Origin: Mobula hypostoma
Lineage: Eukaryota
Length of the DNA: 64,000 nucleotides
Reading direction: 5' to 3'
Assembly (NCBI RefSeq): GCF_963921235.1
Contig: NC_086097.1
Location: 157,172,001 to 157,236,000 of the forward strand
The notes below the pieces were generated by a model that did no database searches, was not told the origin of the DNA, and saw nothing but the letters and a program-made list of their open reading frames with translations. Each line of letters opens with the position of its first letter. Position 1 is the first letter of the stretch. Shown in pieces: positions 37,742-51,640 of the stretch. The translations under genes and the position numbers were made by a program.

Positions 37742-40289
37742 GTTTAGAGGAATTTGGGCCAAACGCAAGCAAATAGTACTAGTTCAGCTGGACAACTTGG
37801 CCAACATGGATATATTAGACTAAAACATCAATTTGTGTTGTATCACTCTAAAAGCCTTTAAAAAAGCTGTGTGTTTCACTCAAGGTTTTTGAGGCTTGGA
37901 AGACAATGATGACTTTCTTCTCCGATTATGTGCTACTGCAACTCTTTCAGCCATTCACCTTATGTACTTGTAAATCAAGCTCACTAATTTTCCATTAAAA
38001 TATTTAAAATGCTAATTGAATTTCCAAGACGAAATATTTGCCCACTAAACCCTACCCACTCTCTTATATACAGTATCTCACTCCCAAGTAAATTTGCTTT
38101 CTACTTATTGTCTAGGTTCATTAGATTTATTACATCTGACATTTGTGCAGAAATAATTCCATTTCCTAATTGTCACTTGCTAATCTTTAAAGCATACAAG
38201 CAAAGGGACATGAATAAACTACATTAAACAAAAGCTGAATAATAATAGAAGAAATATTGTAATATGAACTTGGTCCTTGCCCAGCTTTACACCTCTCATG
38301 CTCAAGAAGTGTTCATTAACACTTCAATTTGAAAGAAGCAGACTGAACTTCAGTGATCCATTAGAGATAACGATCAAAAATTATAATTAGAATTTATGTT
38401 GTGCCTTTCAGTGCTACTTATTGTATGCTTTAAATATTCATGGATCATTGATAGCAATGAACAAGCATAGAGCTGTTGGTGTAAATAAATTAGAGAATGA
38501 TTCAGCTCCAGGCCTGCAAATAATTCTGAGTGGACAAGCTTATATGAACTGCAGTACTTTATTTTTCTATTACCTCCTGCCAATGGCCTCCGAATCTCTT
38601 AAATTGCTTCATTGTCAGTGAATTAACTTCTGAGCTATTTTGACACCTTCAGCCGAAGCAGCTCAGTAGATTATCTGAAACATTTCTGTTGCTTTGTGGG
38701 TGGATTCTTCCTGCTACTGATGTCATCAACAATGCATCCAATGTAACATCATAGAATACAGAGGAAACTCCTGTGGTTTATTTTCACTCAGCTATCCTGA
38801 ACAAAGTCTCCAGCCAAAATACACCTACCTTTCCAGACTTCCTTTAATTAGTGATGATGTAATCCTCACCTTCGTTAAATAAATCAAAACTATGACTGCA
38901 TACGACGGCTCTTTTCTTTATAATAAATGGTGGCAATCTTGTTAACAATAGTTGGTAGCCCAGTCTTAATTGTACACATATGACTGGATGTGAGCCACTT
39001 GACCTGTCCTTTTGCTGGGCCAGAATTGGCTCTCAGATGAATTTCTGCACAGTAGAGACACTGAAGATGATTCCATTGCTGAGATAATGGTAACCATAAT
39101 GTTTCTTAGCTCCTTGATATTTAGAAAATAGAGTAAGGGAAAAAGTAGTTTGTAATAATGAGTGAAACCTAATCCAACATAGTACCATAAATCTTACTGC
39201 CCTCTGCATATTGACTGACATGTATGTCACTCATAAATCAAGTGGTATGCTGTTTAAGTAGTGAAAGAAATAAACACTTCAGTAATACAATGTTGATTTC
39301 TGTGTAAGGCTGATGTCAGTCATTACAATGGTCATGTCCATTTTCAGCAGCTCCAGATAGAGAGTAATCTGTGACTTACACACATCATGGAGTGCAGGTA
39401 CACAATGAGACAAAATTATCACCCAAGTTTCAGAGAATAGATAATTACTTCATCTATAGTAAATGGTGAATGTTAAATCCATTTGATTTTAATTTTTCTA
39501 TTCCTTCACTGCAATGTACAAACTCCTTGGAGGTCCAGCCTAGTTCAATGATGATGTTGATTTATGGAAAAGGAAATAGGTTGTACTAATGTGCTACATC
39601 TTAACTCAGTTTGTAATACCGTGACCTGTCTGCGAACCTCACCTTAAACACTTATTTCCAGTGGTAAGCAAATTGAGCAACTTGAGTTTTTGATTAGCTT
39701 GCAAGTATGCCCATGGTGGAGGGCACTGCTGTTGAAATACCATTTGGCCTTCTAGTTGTTGTCTGACTGTTGTCAGTCAATAGGTCATACACACAAGAAA
39801 AGATTCAAAGCATGCTTGAAAAAAAAATGAAGCATCTCCACAGACTGCTGGGAATCAATGTACCATGACAGCCCAAAGTAAAGAAGGAACATTTGGGATG
39901 GTATTGAGAACCTTAAGCTTATACATACAGAATGAGTTCAACAGACAGAAGCTCCACATGAGAAGCAGAAAGAGCGCACCACCTCACAAAGTACACCCAC
40001 TGTCTTGGCAATCACATCCTGTCTCGTCTGTGGAAGCAAATCCCATATTGGCTTCATCAACCACTAAAACACACAAATTATGTGGCAGCAAATAATCCTT
40101 GATCCTGATGGTTGCCTAAGAAGAAAGTGAAAGAGAAGGAGCAGAAAAGGCTCTCACAACCCGTAGTGGTGTACAACTCAGAAGCAAATATTGTCCATCT
40201 TCTTCCTCTGATATCTGCCAATTAATTCTTTGTTCTGAAGACTTTGAATTGCTTTTTCTTTCCCTAGGAGTCAGGTCTTTTCTGTTTGT

Positions 40290-42065
40290 GATATAATCAG
40301 CTTCAGGTTTAATATCACTAGCATATGTGGTGAAATTTATTGCTTTGCGGCAGCAGTACATTTCAGTAGATAATAAAAGACTATAAATTACATTGAGAAT
40401 TCTATACAGTATGTATTAAATTTGTGTAAAAAGAGAGAAAAAAATAGTGAGGTAGTGTACATTGGTTCATTGTCCGCTCAGAAATCTGGCAGTGGGGAAA
40501 AAGTTGTTTTTAAAACATTGAGTGTGTGTCTTCAGGCTCCTGTAGCCCCTACTTGACAGTAGCAATGAGAAGAGGGCATGTCCTGGATGATGAGGGTCCT
40601 TAATGACAGATGTCACCTTTCTTGAGGCATCGCCTTTTGAAGATATTCATGATGCTGGGGAGGGTAGTGACCATGAAGCTGAGTTTGCAACTTCCTGCAG
40701 CTTTTTCTGGTCCTGTGGCTTCAGTTCTCCATGCCAGATGACGATGCAACCCGTTAGAATGCTCTCCATGGTACATCTGTACAGTCTTGTGAGTATTTGG
40801 CAACACACTGTCTCCTCAGTTTCCTAATGAAATATAGCCACTGTAGTGCCTTCTTTGTCATTCCATTGATCTGTTGGGTCCAGGATAGATCTTCCAGAGA
40901 TGTGGACACTCAGGAATTTGAAACTGCTCACCTTTTTCACTGCTGATCCTTCAATGAGGACTGATAGGTGTTCCCTCGACTTCCCCTTCCTGAAGTCTAC
41001 ATCAATTCCTTGGTCTCAGTGTGCAAGGTTGCTGTTGCGATACCACACAACTGGCTAATCTACCTTGCTCCCTTCTCATCACCATCTAAAATTCTGCTAA
41101 TAACAGTTGTGTCATCAGCAAATTTATAGATGGTGTTTGAGGTGTACCTAGTCACACAGTCATGAGTATAAAGAGAGTAGAGCGCTGGGTAAGCATATAT
41201 TCTTGTGGTGTACCGGTGTTATTTTGTCATTGAGGAGGAGATGTTACTTTCGATCCATACTAACTGCGGTCTCCCAGTGAGGAAGTCGAGGATCCAGTTG
41301 CAGAGGCAGGTACAGAGGCCCACTTTTTGAAGCTTGTTGACTAGAACTGAGGATAGGTTGCATTGAACACTGATCTGTAATCAATAAACAGGAGCCTGAA
41401 ATAGGTATTCCTATTGTCCAGGTGATCTAAGGCCGAGTGGAGAGCCAGTGAGATTGCATCCATTGCAGACCTATTGTGGTGATAGGCAAATTGCAGTGGG
41501 TCCATGCCCTTAGGAAAGAGTTGATTTTGGCCATGACTAACTTCTCAAAACACTTCATCATGGTAGATGTGAGTGCAAGTGGGCAATATTTGATGAGGTA
41601 GCTCACCCTGATCTTCTTGGGCACTGGTACAGTTGTTGCCCTTTTGAAACACCTTGGACTGCAGCAGTGAGAGATTGAAGATGTTCTTGAATACTTTCGC
41701 CATTTGGCTGGCACAGATTCCCATTGCCCTACCAGGTACAAGGCCTGATGCCTTGTGAATATTCACCCTCTTGAAAGGTGTTCTGACGTTAGCCCCTGAG
41801 ATAGAAATCACATGGTTACCAATTGCTGCAGAGGTTTGCACATGCTGAGTGTTATTCTTCCTTTCAAAGCTTGCATAAAAGACATTGAGTTCACCTGGTA
41901 GTGAAATATCACAGCCAAGCATAATGTTAGGTTTTACCTTGTAGAAAGTCATGACCTGCAAACACTACCAGAGCTCACATGCATCTGATTCTGTCTCTAA
42001 CTTAAATGAGAATTGTTTTCTCACTCATAAAATAGCCTTCTGTAGGTCGTACCTGGGCTTCTTGT
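40290..42065 (-). mobile_element. Rex1/Babar LINE, about 1.8 kb, decayed
   Basis: LPGELNVFYASF..VNIHKASG; VPVPKK..YCPLALTSTMMKCFEKLV; family tail at about 40300. Confidence 0.9.
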
Positions 42066-45000
42066 ATTGATATATATAAATAACCTGGATGAAAAGGTAG
42101 ATGAGTGTGTAAATAAGATTGTGGACAACATGAAGATGGGTGATGTTACGAATAGTAGAGACGACTGGCAAAGTATACAGCAAGATGTAGATCTGTTGCT
42201 GATATGGGTGGTGAAAGTTAACCCAGCCAAGTGTGAGGTGTTGCACTTGAGAGACTTCCTGTAAAGTGACAGTACACAGTTAATGTCAAAACCTTAACAG
42301 TGTTGATGTGCAGAGTGACCTTGGGTTCCAAGTCCATGACTCCCCGAAAGTGACTAAAAAGCTTGATAAGATGGTAAAGAACGCATGTGATATACTTGCA
42401 CTCATTTGTCAAGGAACAGCGTTCAAGAGTCAGGAAGTCATGTTGTAGATTTTTAGAACGTTCATTAGGCCATGTCTGGAGTATTGCATTCACTTCTGGT
42501 TATCCCACTATGGAAGGATTTGGAGACAACGCATAAGAGGTTTACCAGGATGCTACCTGGATTAGTGGGCATGTGCTGCCTGAGGAGGGTGGACAAACTT
42601 GGGTTGTTTACTCTGGAGTGTCGAAATCTGAGGGGAGATCCGATAGAGATTTATAGAATCATGACAGGCATAGACAGACTAGCAAACTAGTATAATTTCC
42701 CCCCCACCACACACACAAGGTGGAACTGTCTAATACCAGTGGGTATGCATAGAAACATAGAAACCCTACAGCACAATACAGGCCCTTCGGCCCACAGTGC
42801 TGTGCTGAACACGTACTTACTTTAGAAATTACCTGAGGATATCCACAGCCTTCTATTTTTTTAAGCTCCATGTACCTACCCAGGAGTATCTTAGAAGACC
42901 CTATCGTATCTGCCTCCACCACCATCGCTGGCATCCCATTTCAGACACTAACCACACTCTGCAGAAAAAAAATTACCCCTAAAATCTCCTCTGTAACTAC
43001 TTCCAAACACATTAAAAAAACTGTGCCCTCTCGTGCTAGCCATTTTAGCCCTGGGAAAAAGCCTCTGACTATACACACAATCAATGCCTCTCATCATCTT
43101 ATACACCTCTATCAGGTCACCTCTCATCCTCCGCCACTCAAGGGAGAAAAGACCAAGTTCACTGAACCTATTCTCATAAGGCATGCTCCCCAATCTAGGC
43201 AACATCCTTGTAAATCTCCTCTGCATCTTTTCTATAGTTTCCACATCCTTCCTGCAGTGAGGTGACCAGAACGGAACACAGTACTTCAAGTGGGGTCTAA
43301 CAAGGGTCCTATATAGCTGTCACATTACCTCTCAGCTTTTAAAATCAATCCCATGGTTGATGAAGGCCAATGCACCGTATGCATTCTACACCACAGAGTC
43401 AACCTGTGCTGCAGCTTTGAGTGTCCTATGGACGCGGACCCCAAGAGCCCTCTGATCCTTCACACTGCCAAGAGTCTTACTACTAATACTATATTCTGCC
43501 ACAATATTTGACCTACCAAAATGAACAACCTCACACTTAACTGGGTTGAACGCCATCTGCCACTTCCCAGGCGAGTTTTGCATCCTATCAACATCCCGCT
43601 GTAACATCTAACGGCCCTTCATACTATCCACAACACCCACAACCTTTGTGTCATCAGCAAGTTTACTAACTCATCCCTCCACTTCTTCATCCAGATCATT
43701 TATAAAAATCACAAAGAGTAGGGGTCCCAGAACAGATCCCTCAGGCACACCACTGGTCACCAACCTCCATGCAGAATATGACCCGTCTACAACCACACTT
43801 TGCCTCTGTGGGCAAGCCGATTATGGATGCACAAAGCAAGGTCCCCTTGGATCCCATGCTTCCTTACTTTCTCAATAAGCCTTGCATGGGGTACCTTATC
43901 AAATGCCTTGCTGAAATCCGCATACACTACATCTACTGCTCTACCTTCATCAACGTGTTTAGTCACATCCTCAAAAAATCAGTCAGACTCATAAGGCACA
44001 ACCTGCCTTTGACAAAGTCATGCTAACTATTCCTAATCATATTATGCCTCTCCAAATGGTCATAAATTCTGCCTTTCAGGATCTTTTCCATCACGTTACC
44101 AACCACTGACGTAAGACTCACTGGTCTATAATTTCCTGCGCTATCTCTACTCCCTTTCTTGAATAAGGGAAAAACATCTGCAACCCTCCAAACATCTGGA
44201 ACCTCTCCCGTCCCCATTGTTGATGCAAAGATCATTGCCAGAGGCTTAGCAATCTCCTCCCTCACCTCCCACAGTAGCCTGGAGTACCTCTCATCTGGTC
44301 CTGGAGACTAATCCAACTTGGTGCTTTCCAAAAGCTCCAGCACATCCTCTTTCTTAATGTTTATACACTCAAGCTTTTTAATCGGTTGTAAGTCATCCCT
44401 ACAATTGGCAAGATCCTTTTCTGTAGTGAAACCTGAAGCAAAGTATTCATTAAGTACCTCTGCTATCTCCTCCAGTTCCATACACACTTTTCCACTGTCA
44501 CACTTGATCGGTCCTATTCTCTCACATCTTATCCTCTCGCTCTTCACATACTTGTAGAATGCCTTGGGTTTTTCTTTAATCCTGCTTGCCAAGGCCCTCT
44601 CAAGGCCACTTCTAGCTCTCCTAATTTCATTCCTAAATTCCTTCCTGCTAGCCTTATAACCTACTAGATCTCTATCAATACCTAGTTTTTGAACCTTTTG
44701 TAAGCTTTTCTTCTTGACAAGATTTACAACCGCCTTTGTACACCACGGTTCCTGTACTCTACCATCCTTTCCCTGTATCATTGGAATGTACCTATGCAGA
44801 ACTCCACGCAAATATCCCCTGAACATTTGCCACATTTCTGCCGTACATTTCCCTGAGAACATCTGCTCCCAATTTATGCTTCCAAGTTCCTGCCTGATAG
44901 CTTCATATTTCCCCTTACTCCAACTAAACGCTTTCCTAACTTGTCTGTTCCTATCCCTCTCCAATGCTTTGGTAAAGGATTTAGAATTATCATCACTTTC

Positions 45001-46220
45001 TCCAAAATGCTCTCCTATTGAGAGATCTGACACCTGACCAGGTTCATTTCCCAATACCAGATCAAGTACAGCCTCTTCTCTTGCAGGCTTATCACCATTT
45101 TGTGTCAGAAAACTTTCCTGAACACACCGAACAAACTTCATCTAAACCCTTTGCTCTAAGGAGATGCCAATCAGTATTTGGGAAATTGAAATCTCCCACC
45201 ATGACAACCCTGTTATTATTACACCTTTCCAGAATCTGTCTCGCTATCTACTCCTTGATGTCCCTGTTACTATTGCGTGGTCTATAAAATACACCAAGTA
45301 GAGTTATTGATCCCTTCCTGTTTCCTACTTACACCCGCAGAGACTTAGTAGACAACCACTCTCTGACTTGCTCCTTTTCTGCAGCTGTGACACTATCTCT
45401 GATCAGCAGTGCCACGCCCCTACCTCTTTTGCCTCCCTCCCTGTCCTTGCTGAAACATCTAAGCCTGGCACTCTTAAGTAACCATTCCTGCCCCTGAGCT
45501 ATCCAAATCTCTGTAATGGCCACAATATCATATCTCCAGGTACTGATCCAGGCTCTAAGTGCATCTGCTTTGCTCATGATGCTTCCTGCATTTAAATTGA
45601 CACATCTCAAACTATCGGTCTGAGCGTATCGCTTCTCTATCACCTGCCTATTCCCCTATCGCACTGTCTACAAGCTTTCTCTATTTGTGAGCCAACCATC
45701 CCTTCTTTTGTCTCTTCAGTTTGGTTCCAACCCCCCAGCAATTCTAGTTTAAACTCTCCCCAATAGTCATGTGGCACAGGCAGTAATCCTATGATTTCTA
45801 CCTTTGAGGTCCTGGTTCTCAACTTCCTTCCTAACTCCCTGTAGTGTGTTTTCATGACCTCCTCCCTTTCCATGCCTATGTCATTGGTGCCTATATGTAC
45901 CAGACCTCTGGCTGTTCACCCTCCCACTTCAGAATATCGGATATCCTATGCATTTAAGATAAGAAGTAAATTTAAAAGAGATGTACAGGACAAGTTTTGT
46001 TTTAAACATAGAGTGTTGGGTGCCTGAAATGTGTTGTCTGAGTGGTGGTGGAGGCAAATATGATTGAGTTATTTAAAGACTCTTAGACAGGTATACAAAT
46101 TGGAAGAATATGTACATTGTGTGGATTATAGGGAATAGTTTACTTGGACATTTCATTACCAATGTAATTAGTTATGCCCAACATCATGGGCCAACTGGTC
46201 TTGGCACGGGCTATACAGTT
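42066..46220 (+). mobile_element. CR1 fragment split by an antisense CR1
   Basis: IYINNLDE..KIVDNMK; RFTRMLPGL..LRGDPIEIYRIM; resumes after 45953. Confidence 0.8.
42751..45946 (-). mobile_element. CR1 LINE of about 3.2 kb: end of ORF1 plus APE and RT of ORF2, frameshifted
   Basis: NAGSI..YDIVAITEIW..GRGVALLI (APE); LDLVLGN..HFGESDD; WRVADVFPLFKKG..NYRPVSLTSVVG (RT); 7-bp TSD tatgcat at 42744-42750 and 45947-45953. Confidence 0.95.
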
Positions 46221-47130
46221 TTATTTCTGAGGTCTGCAGCCCATTACCCAAAATCACTGGCAGATATGCTTGGGTTCTACAAGGACCCTTGCCCTGAAAA
46301 CCCTTGTGAATGTTTCCTTGTCTTTCTGGTGAGGTACTGAAAAACTTTAGATTATTTTAAATGCTAACATATGTTACAAACTGTGCCAACTTTCTTTACT
46401 TTTAAAATATACATGAAAGTAATTTCATAAATGGAAGCTCAGGAGCTTGAAGGCACACATTCAACAACTCAGGAACAGTTTCTTCCCCTTTGTCATTGAT
46501 TTCTGAATGGACCTTGAACCCATGAATACTACCTCACCACTTTTTTGCAATACTTATATAATTTAACATGTATATAATTTGCATTTTTTATTATTATGTA
46601 TTGCATTTTACTTCTGCTGCAAAAACAGAAAAGTTTCATGACATATACAGGCAAATTAGAAGCTGGTTCTGATTCTAAAAATAAAAATGCATTGTTTTTA
46701 CATATGTGAAAATTTTCAGATCTTTGAGTGCTATTTCCGTAGTGAAATTTTGAGACTGTGGCTCCAAAGGCAAACTGCACTGCCGACATTTATTGTCCAT
46801 CCCGATCTGAGTTGTGTTCTAAAGTAGGTAAAATATTTTCTCAAGCACAAGATAATTGTGAAAATCAGAATAATTTTAAATGCCTAATTCTATAGCACTT
46901 TGAGAGTAATGTTCCGATTCTGTAATGTTGCATGAAAGGAAGAGCTATGGAGATAAAATTGTGCGGTAGGTGGGCCCAGGTTTGATCCGTCTTTCCAGTA
47001 CTGACTTTGTAGAGGCTGCATGCTCACCCTATGATCATGTGGGCTTCCCATAGAGCCTCTTGTTTCTCCTCATATCCCAAAGATGAATTGATTAATTAGT
47101 GACTGTAAATTACCTTGGTGTAGGTACTTA

Positions 47131-48727
47131 GGCTCCGTCCACACTAGACTGGATAAATCCATAACCAAAGCATTTTCTCTTCGTTTTGACCCTCCGTCCA
47201 CACTGAAATGGCGTTTTCCTCCCCCCCGAAAATGGAGCTTTTCAAAAACGCTCTCCAGAGTGAATAAATCTGAAAACACCTAATGGCCGGTGTAGTGTGT
47301 ACAGGGTAACTGGCTATTTTTAAAAACACTGTCATGACGCGCCAGAACGATAGTGGTAGCAGCGCGGCATTTCATTGTTTTCTTCAACACAACCTCCAAC
47401 ACCACAACAACAATGGCGGACAGCTTCATGCGTGAGTTGCTTATTTTATTGTCTACATTAATTTCAACCCTCCACACAACCTAACGATTTCAGAACAGAC
47501 GGCAACGAGATTGAAGCCAGAAGAGTTAGAAATGTACTCACCAAATACTTTGACCCATAGCTTACTGAATACTGAATAAATAAGTCTACTCACTTTGTCC
47601 TGTTTTCTGTCCTTGCTTGTATGGAGGTGGTTTATCTACTCATGCAAGTACTTCTCTGACAATAGATGCGTAACAGCCTAATGTAACATTGTATGGAAAT
47701 ACAAGATAACACTGATGCAGACATGTTTTATACATTTAACAAGGTGATTTATTAATGTATTGCTTGTGCAAACATTCAATAGATGCAATTATCACTACTT
47801 CCAAAATGTCATTTTTAAATAGTAGCTTATATTTGGCTTAGATGTGAAAATATTAAGGCCGAAGAGGAAAACTGTAAGTTTCAGTTTTACTCAGGTAAAA
47901 ATAAAATCACTTTTGCCCAGTAACTCGTTTTATTGCACATGTTAAATACAGCAAAATAATACAGAAAGACATGGCAAAAGTAAAGGCAAACAAATGAGGT
48001 AACAGCAAATTTCACTTTTGCCCAGTAACGAGCCTTATTGCATTTAGTTGTAGCTGTCATCCCTTTCATCGGTGAAGGGACTATGGATGTAGGAAAAGTT
48101 TCCAGAGTGACCCTCTGTGGGAGTGGGGAAGATGTTGGTGGGGCCACCCGGGGGGTCTGTGTGTCTGTATGTGTAGCTATTGTAGTGGCTGTGAGGCTGG
48201 TATTGTGGCGGTGAAAAATACTGGGGAGGGTAGGGAGCCATCAAATTCCTCATCATTGCAAATCCCTCTGCAACAGAGTTAGCCAGTTTTTCAATGTTCA
48301 TCATCAGCCGGGTCATACTGGCCATGAACTCCCTGTCGGTTGCCTCCATACACTCCAGTATTTGTTTTTTTTAGTTTTAAGTCCTCCTGCACGAGAGCCA
48401 GCAGCTGTCCGCTGTTTGGCAATTTCCTTTTAAGTTTTTCTAGTCTGTAACTGGACAAATGCGCACCAAGTCTTTCACGGTGAGATTCCACACCAAACAT
48501 GTCGCAGCCATCACCTGTTGCTTGGTCCAAACTGTCGGAGTCGGACGTACTCGTCAAAGCAGGTGAATTCTGTAGATGTGTCTGTGCATGCTCAGTAGGA
48601 GGAGATTCACCCAAATACCCATTTTAATGTGGACGGAGGTATTTTTAAAAACGCCTGGTGTGGATGCCTATCATTTTTACGCGAAACCGGCATTTTCAAA
48701 ATTAACCGGTCTTGTGTGGACATAGCC
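47131..48727. mobile_element. PIF/Harbinger DNA transposon, internally deleted
   Basis: TIRs GGCT(CC/AT)GTCCACAC(T/A)AGAC with 3-bp TTA TSD on both sides; subterminal gtccacac repeats. Confidence 0.9.
48044..48560 (-). pseudogene. Probable C-terminal remnant of the Harbinger accessory (Myb/SANT-type) ORF
   Basis: Frameshifted LSSYRLEKLKRKLP..QLLALVQEDLKLKK/..MEATDREF..EKLANSVAEGFAMM coiled-coil and Pro-rich tail inside the TIRs; the Myb domain itself is not seen. Confidence 0.6.
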
Positions 48728-51039
48728 TTAGAAAGAGAATCAGGGATGGAAAGAGGATTCACTGGCTATACAAGAGAGAACATATTATAGGAAAATAAGT
48801 GGGAATTAATTAGATTGTCCTAAGAGGTGCAAGGTTTCAATGGGCTGAATGTCTTCCTTCTGTCACAACGAAGTATGAGAAACAATGCAAATCTATCTGA
48901 AAACACTATGGAGGTAATTTAGGTGCTTAACTGCAGTTAAATCAATTAATTTGTATGACTATAACCGCTCTTTTCTCCTTTAAAATACATGCTAATGCCA
49001 CATTTTAAACATATGTGTACCTACTGAATATCACTGAATGTAGTTGTAAGTCAGCCTTTGTTTGATCATGGTCCTTCAAAGCACCTTGAGATAATTTAGT
49101 TCTTGACCAAATTGTTATTGTTGTCATTGTCCTATTATTCTTATTTTATCTTCTTTCATTTTTAATGCATGAATTCTCTCCCACCTAAAATCTCCAGCAC
49201 CACTTCATAGATTAATATTGAAACCTTAGAAAGTATAATGAATTTCTGATTGATGTTACATCAAGGATATTGACTGATGAGAAATCATTCAGATGAAGAG
49301 CAGAGTAAAGAAAGCAAATCATCACAAGTACCTCAAATTACACATTGAAAGCAAGAAACTATGCCTATAAATCTTGACCTATAACTGGATTTTTTCTTAA
49401 GGTCTTGAAAAGTAATGTTGATAATTAAGCATATAACTCAGTTTGTGAATTTCATAAAGATATCAATGCCAAGACTGGCATGCAAGTAATTGTACTTTAG
49501 CCTGAATGAAGTTAATTCAATCTTATGCTACTGTTTGATGGAACCACCATATTATTTGGTTTTGTTGATAGAAACAATGATTACTCTGAACTTGAAGCAT
49601 GAAACTTCATAAATGCAGTTAATGAAAGAGAGGGACTGGAAAAGAAATATCAATAACCTGCCTTTTCTTATCTTCAGCAGTCGTTCAATGCATGTTGCTT
49701 TTCGTGATTGATAATAGGAAGAATGGAAAACAATAATGCATTTAAAACTGTAGTCCTCAATATTAACCTGAGTCATTGGGATAGGATGGCGGAATTCTGT
49801 TGGGAAAGCTAAGAAGTCCATCCTGCAACCAGTAAATTCTGATTATAGATGAAGTGCATTAATTTTAGGCTCATGACAGAATGACAAATATCTCCAATGA
49901 ATGAATACAACTTTTATCAGTGACTAAATGATGAAAAAGCTAGACATGGTGATTATCTAAATTGGGTATTATATATATTTGAGCTTCGACAAAATTCATT
50001 TTTTTGTCTTCTAAGAGTTTCTCAAATATCACAGGTGTCTTAGAGATACATATGGATGGTTCATTGGAGAAGCTGATCTTCCTGTAGCCTCACTGTCTCC
50101 GGACAAACAATGCATCATTTGCAAATGTTCACACTCTGAGGGAACTACTTCGTTATTTAGTTGAGTTTCCACAAATGGATTCATGCTTTGCAAGTGATGA
50201 CAGCTGTGGAGATCTAAAACAGCATTCTGTTCAGCAGGCCTCACATGCCCAATCCCAAAGGGTGTTGCTAATAAGGAGTTTGCTGAAAAACATCAGCAAT
50301 ATAATGGGAGCTGCTTGATAAACTAAAATAAAAACAGTGTGTTGAAAATACTTAAATGTTTGCTCTGTGTTTCATTCCACAGCTGTTGGCTGACCTGCTG
50401 AGTTTTTTCTAGCATTCTCTTTTTATTTCCAATTTCCACCACCTGGGTGTTTTCCTTTTGAAGAGTTTTGTAACTCATAATTTCAGCACTCTCCTCTTTA
50501 TTCCTTCCTTCCACTACTATATTTTTATTCATCTGTTTCTTCTAGCATCTGCTCCAGTCAGATTACCTAAAATGAACAAGACTTCAGAGTCAGAATCAGG
50601 TTTAATGTCACTGGCATATGTTGAAAAATTCTTTATGTGCCCACAGTACATTGCCCTCTCTCATCCAGCACTACCACCTCTTGCCTCATTCTGACTCTTT
50701 TGGTTGACTTCTACTTTATTCAATTTTATGAAAGGTCACCCACCTGAAAAATTAACTTTTTTCCCCTCCCCTCCCCCTCCCCCTCTCTCTCCTGTCTAAC
50801 CTGTGAAACATCTCCAACAGTCTCAGTTTTTTGAGTCATCACTGATGCCAGCAAACCTGGAGGCAATGTCTCAGGAAGTTCTGCAGTATCTTTGAGAGAT
50901 CCATTTACAAAAGAAAGCTTATATGAATAAATGTTTAGGTTATTAGGAACTCTACCAGTCAGCTTGCTTGTAATGTCAAGAAGCATCAGCACCTCTAGAA
51001 GCAACCTTACAGATGGATGGCTCTTGATGAGGAACCCAT

Positions 51040-51640
51040 CCTGTCTGAGCATGGAATGGAGCACCTATGCTCCATCTTCCAGAACAAGTGGGATCTACCA
51101 AAGGCCACCCAATTTAATTCTACTTCCCGTTCCTATTCCAATATATCCATCCATGTCCTCCTCCACTGTCATGATGAGGCTACACATAGATTGGCCTTAT
51201 ATTCCATTTGGGTAGCCTCTAACCTGGCATGAACATCTATTTTCCAGTAATGTCCCCCCACACCCCCTCTCCTTCACCATTTCCCATCCCCTTTTCACTC
51301 TCTCACTTTATCTCTTTGCCCATGTATCATCTCCATCTGGTGTTCCTCCTGCCTTTTCTTTTTTTCCATAGTCTTCTGTCTTTTACACCAATTAGCTTCC
51401 CAGCTCTTTACTTCATCCCCTCTTCCTTCAGATTTCACCTATCACCTTGTTTCTATCTCTCTCCCCATCACCCACTTTTTAAATCTACTCCTCAGCTTTT
51501 TTTCTTCCGTCCTGCCGAAGGGTTTTGGACTGAAATGTCGACTGTACTCTCTTCCTAGATGCTGCCTGGCCTGCTGAGTTCCTCCAGCATTTTGTGTGTG
51601 TTGCTTGGATTTCCTGCATCTGCAGATTTTCTCTTGTTTG
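51040..51640 (+). mobile_element. Penelope-like element 3' end: endonuclease C-terminus, UTR and terminal repeat
   Basis: EHLCSI..DLPKATQFNSTSRSYSNISIHVLLHCHDEATHRL; degenerate hammerhead ctgccga..gaaatgtc at about 51512-51540. Confidence 0.8.

Larger units (their letters stand above)
33520..37850 (+). mobile_element. CR1 3' fragment hosting four later insertions
   Basis: Collinear CR1 pieces resume at about 33917, 34265, 37575 and 37742. Confidence 0.7.
46960..48870 (+). mobile_element. Old V-domain SINE split by a Harbinger element
   Basis: gggcttccca..tcccaaagatg..ttaattagtgactgtaaattacc before the insertion; CR1-like tail tgggctgaatgtcttccttctg after it. Confidence 0.6.

Noticed and set aside
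38870..39044. Additional minus-strand exon with donor AAG|GTGAGG
   Set aside because: All three frames contain a stop from the best acceptor; too speculative to add to the exon chain.
44308..45141. 277-aa ORF as a functional gene
   Set aside because: Internal piece of a frameshifted CR1 ORF2.
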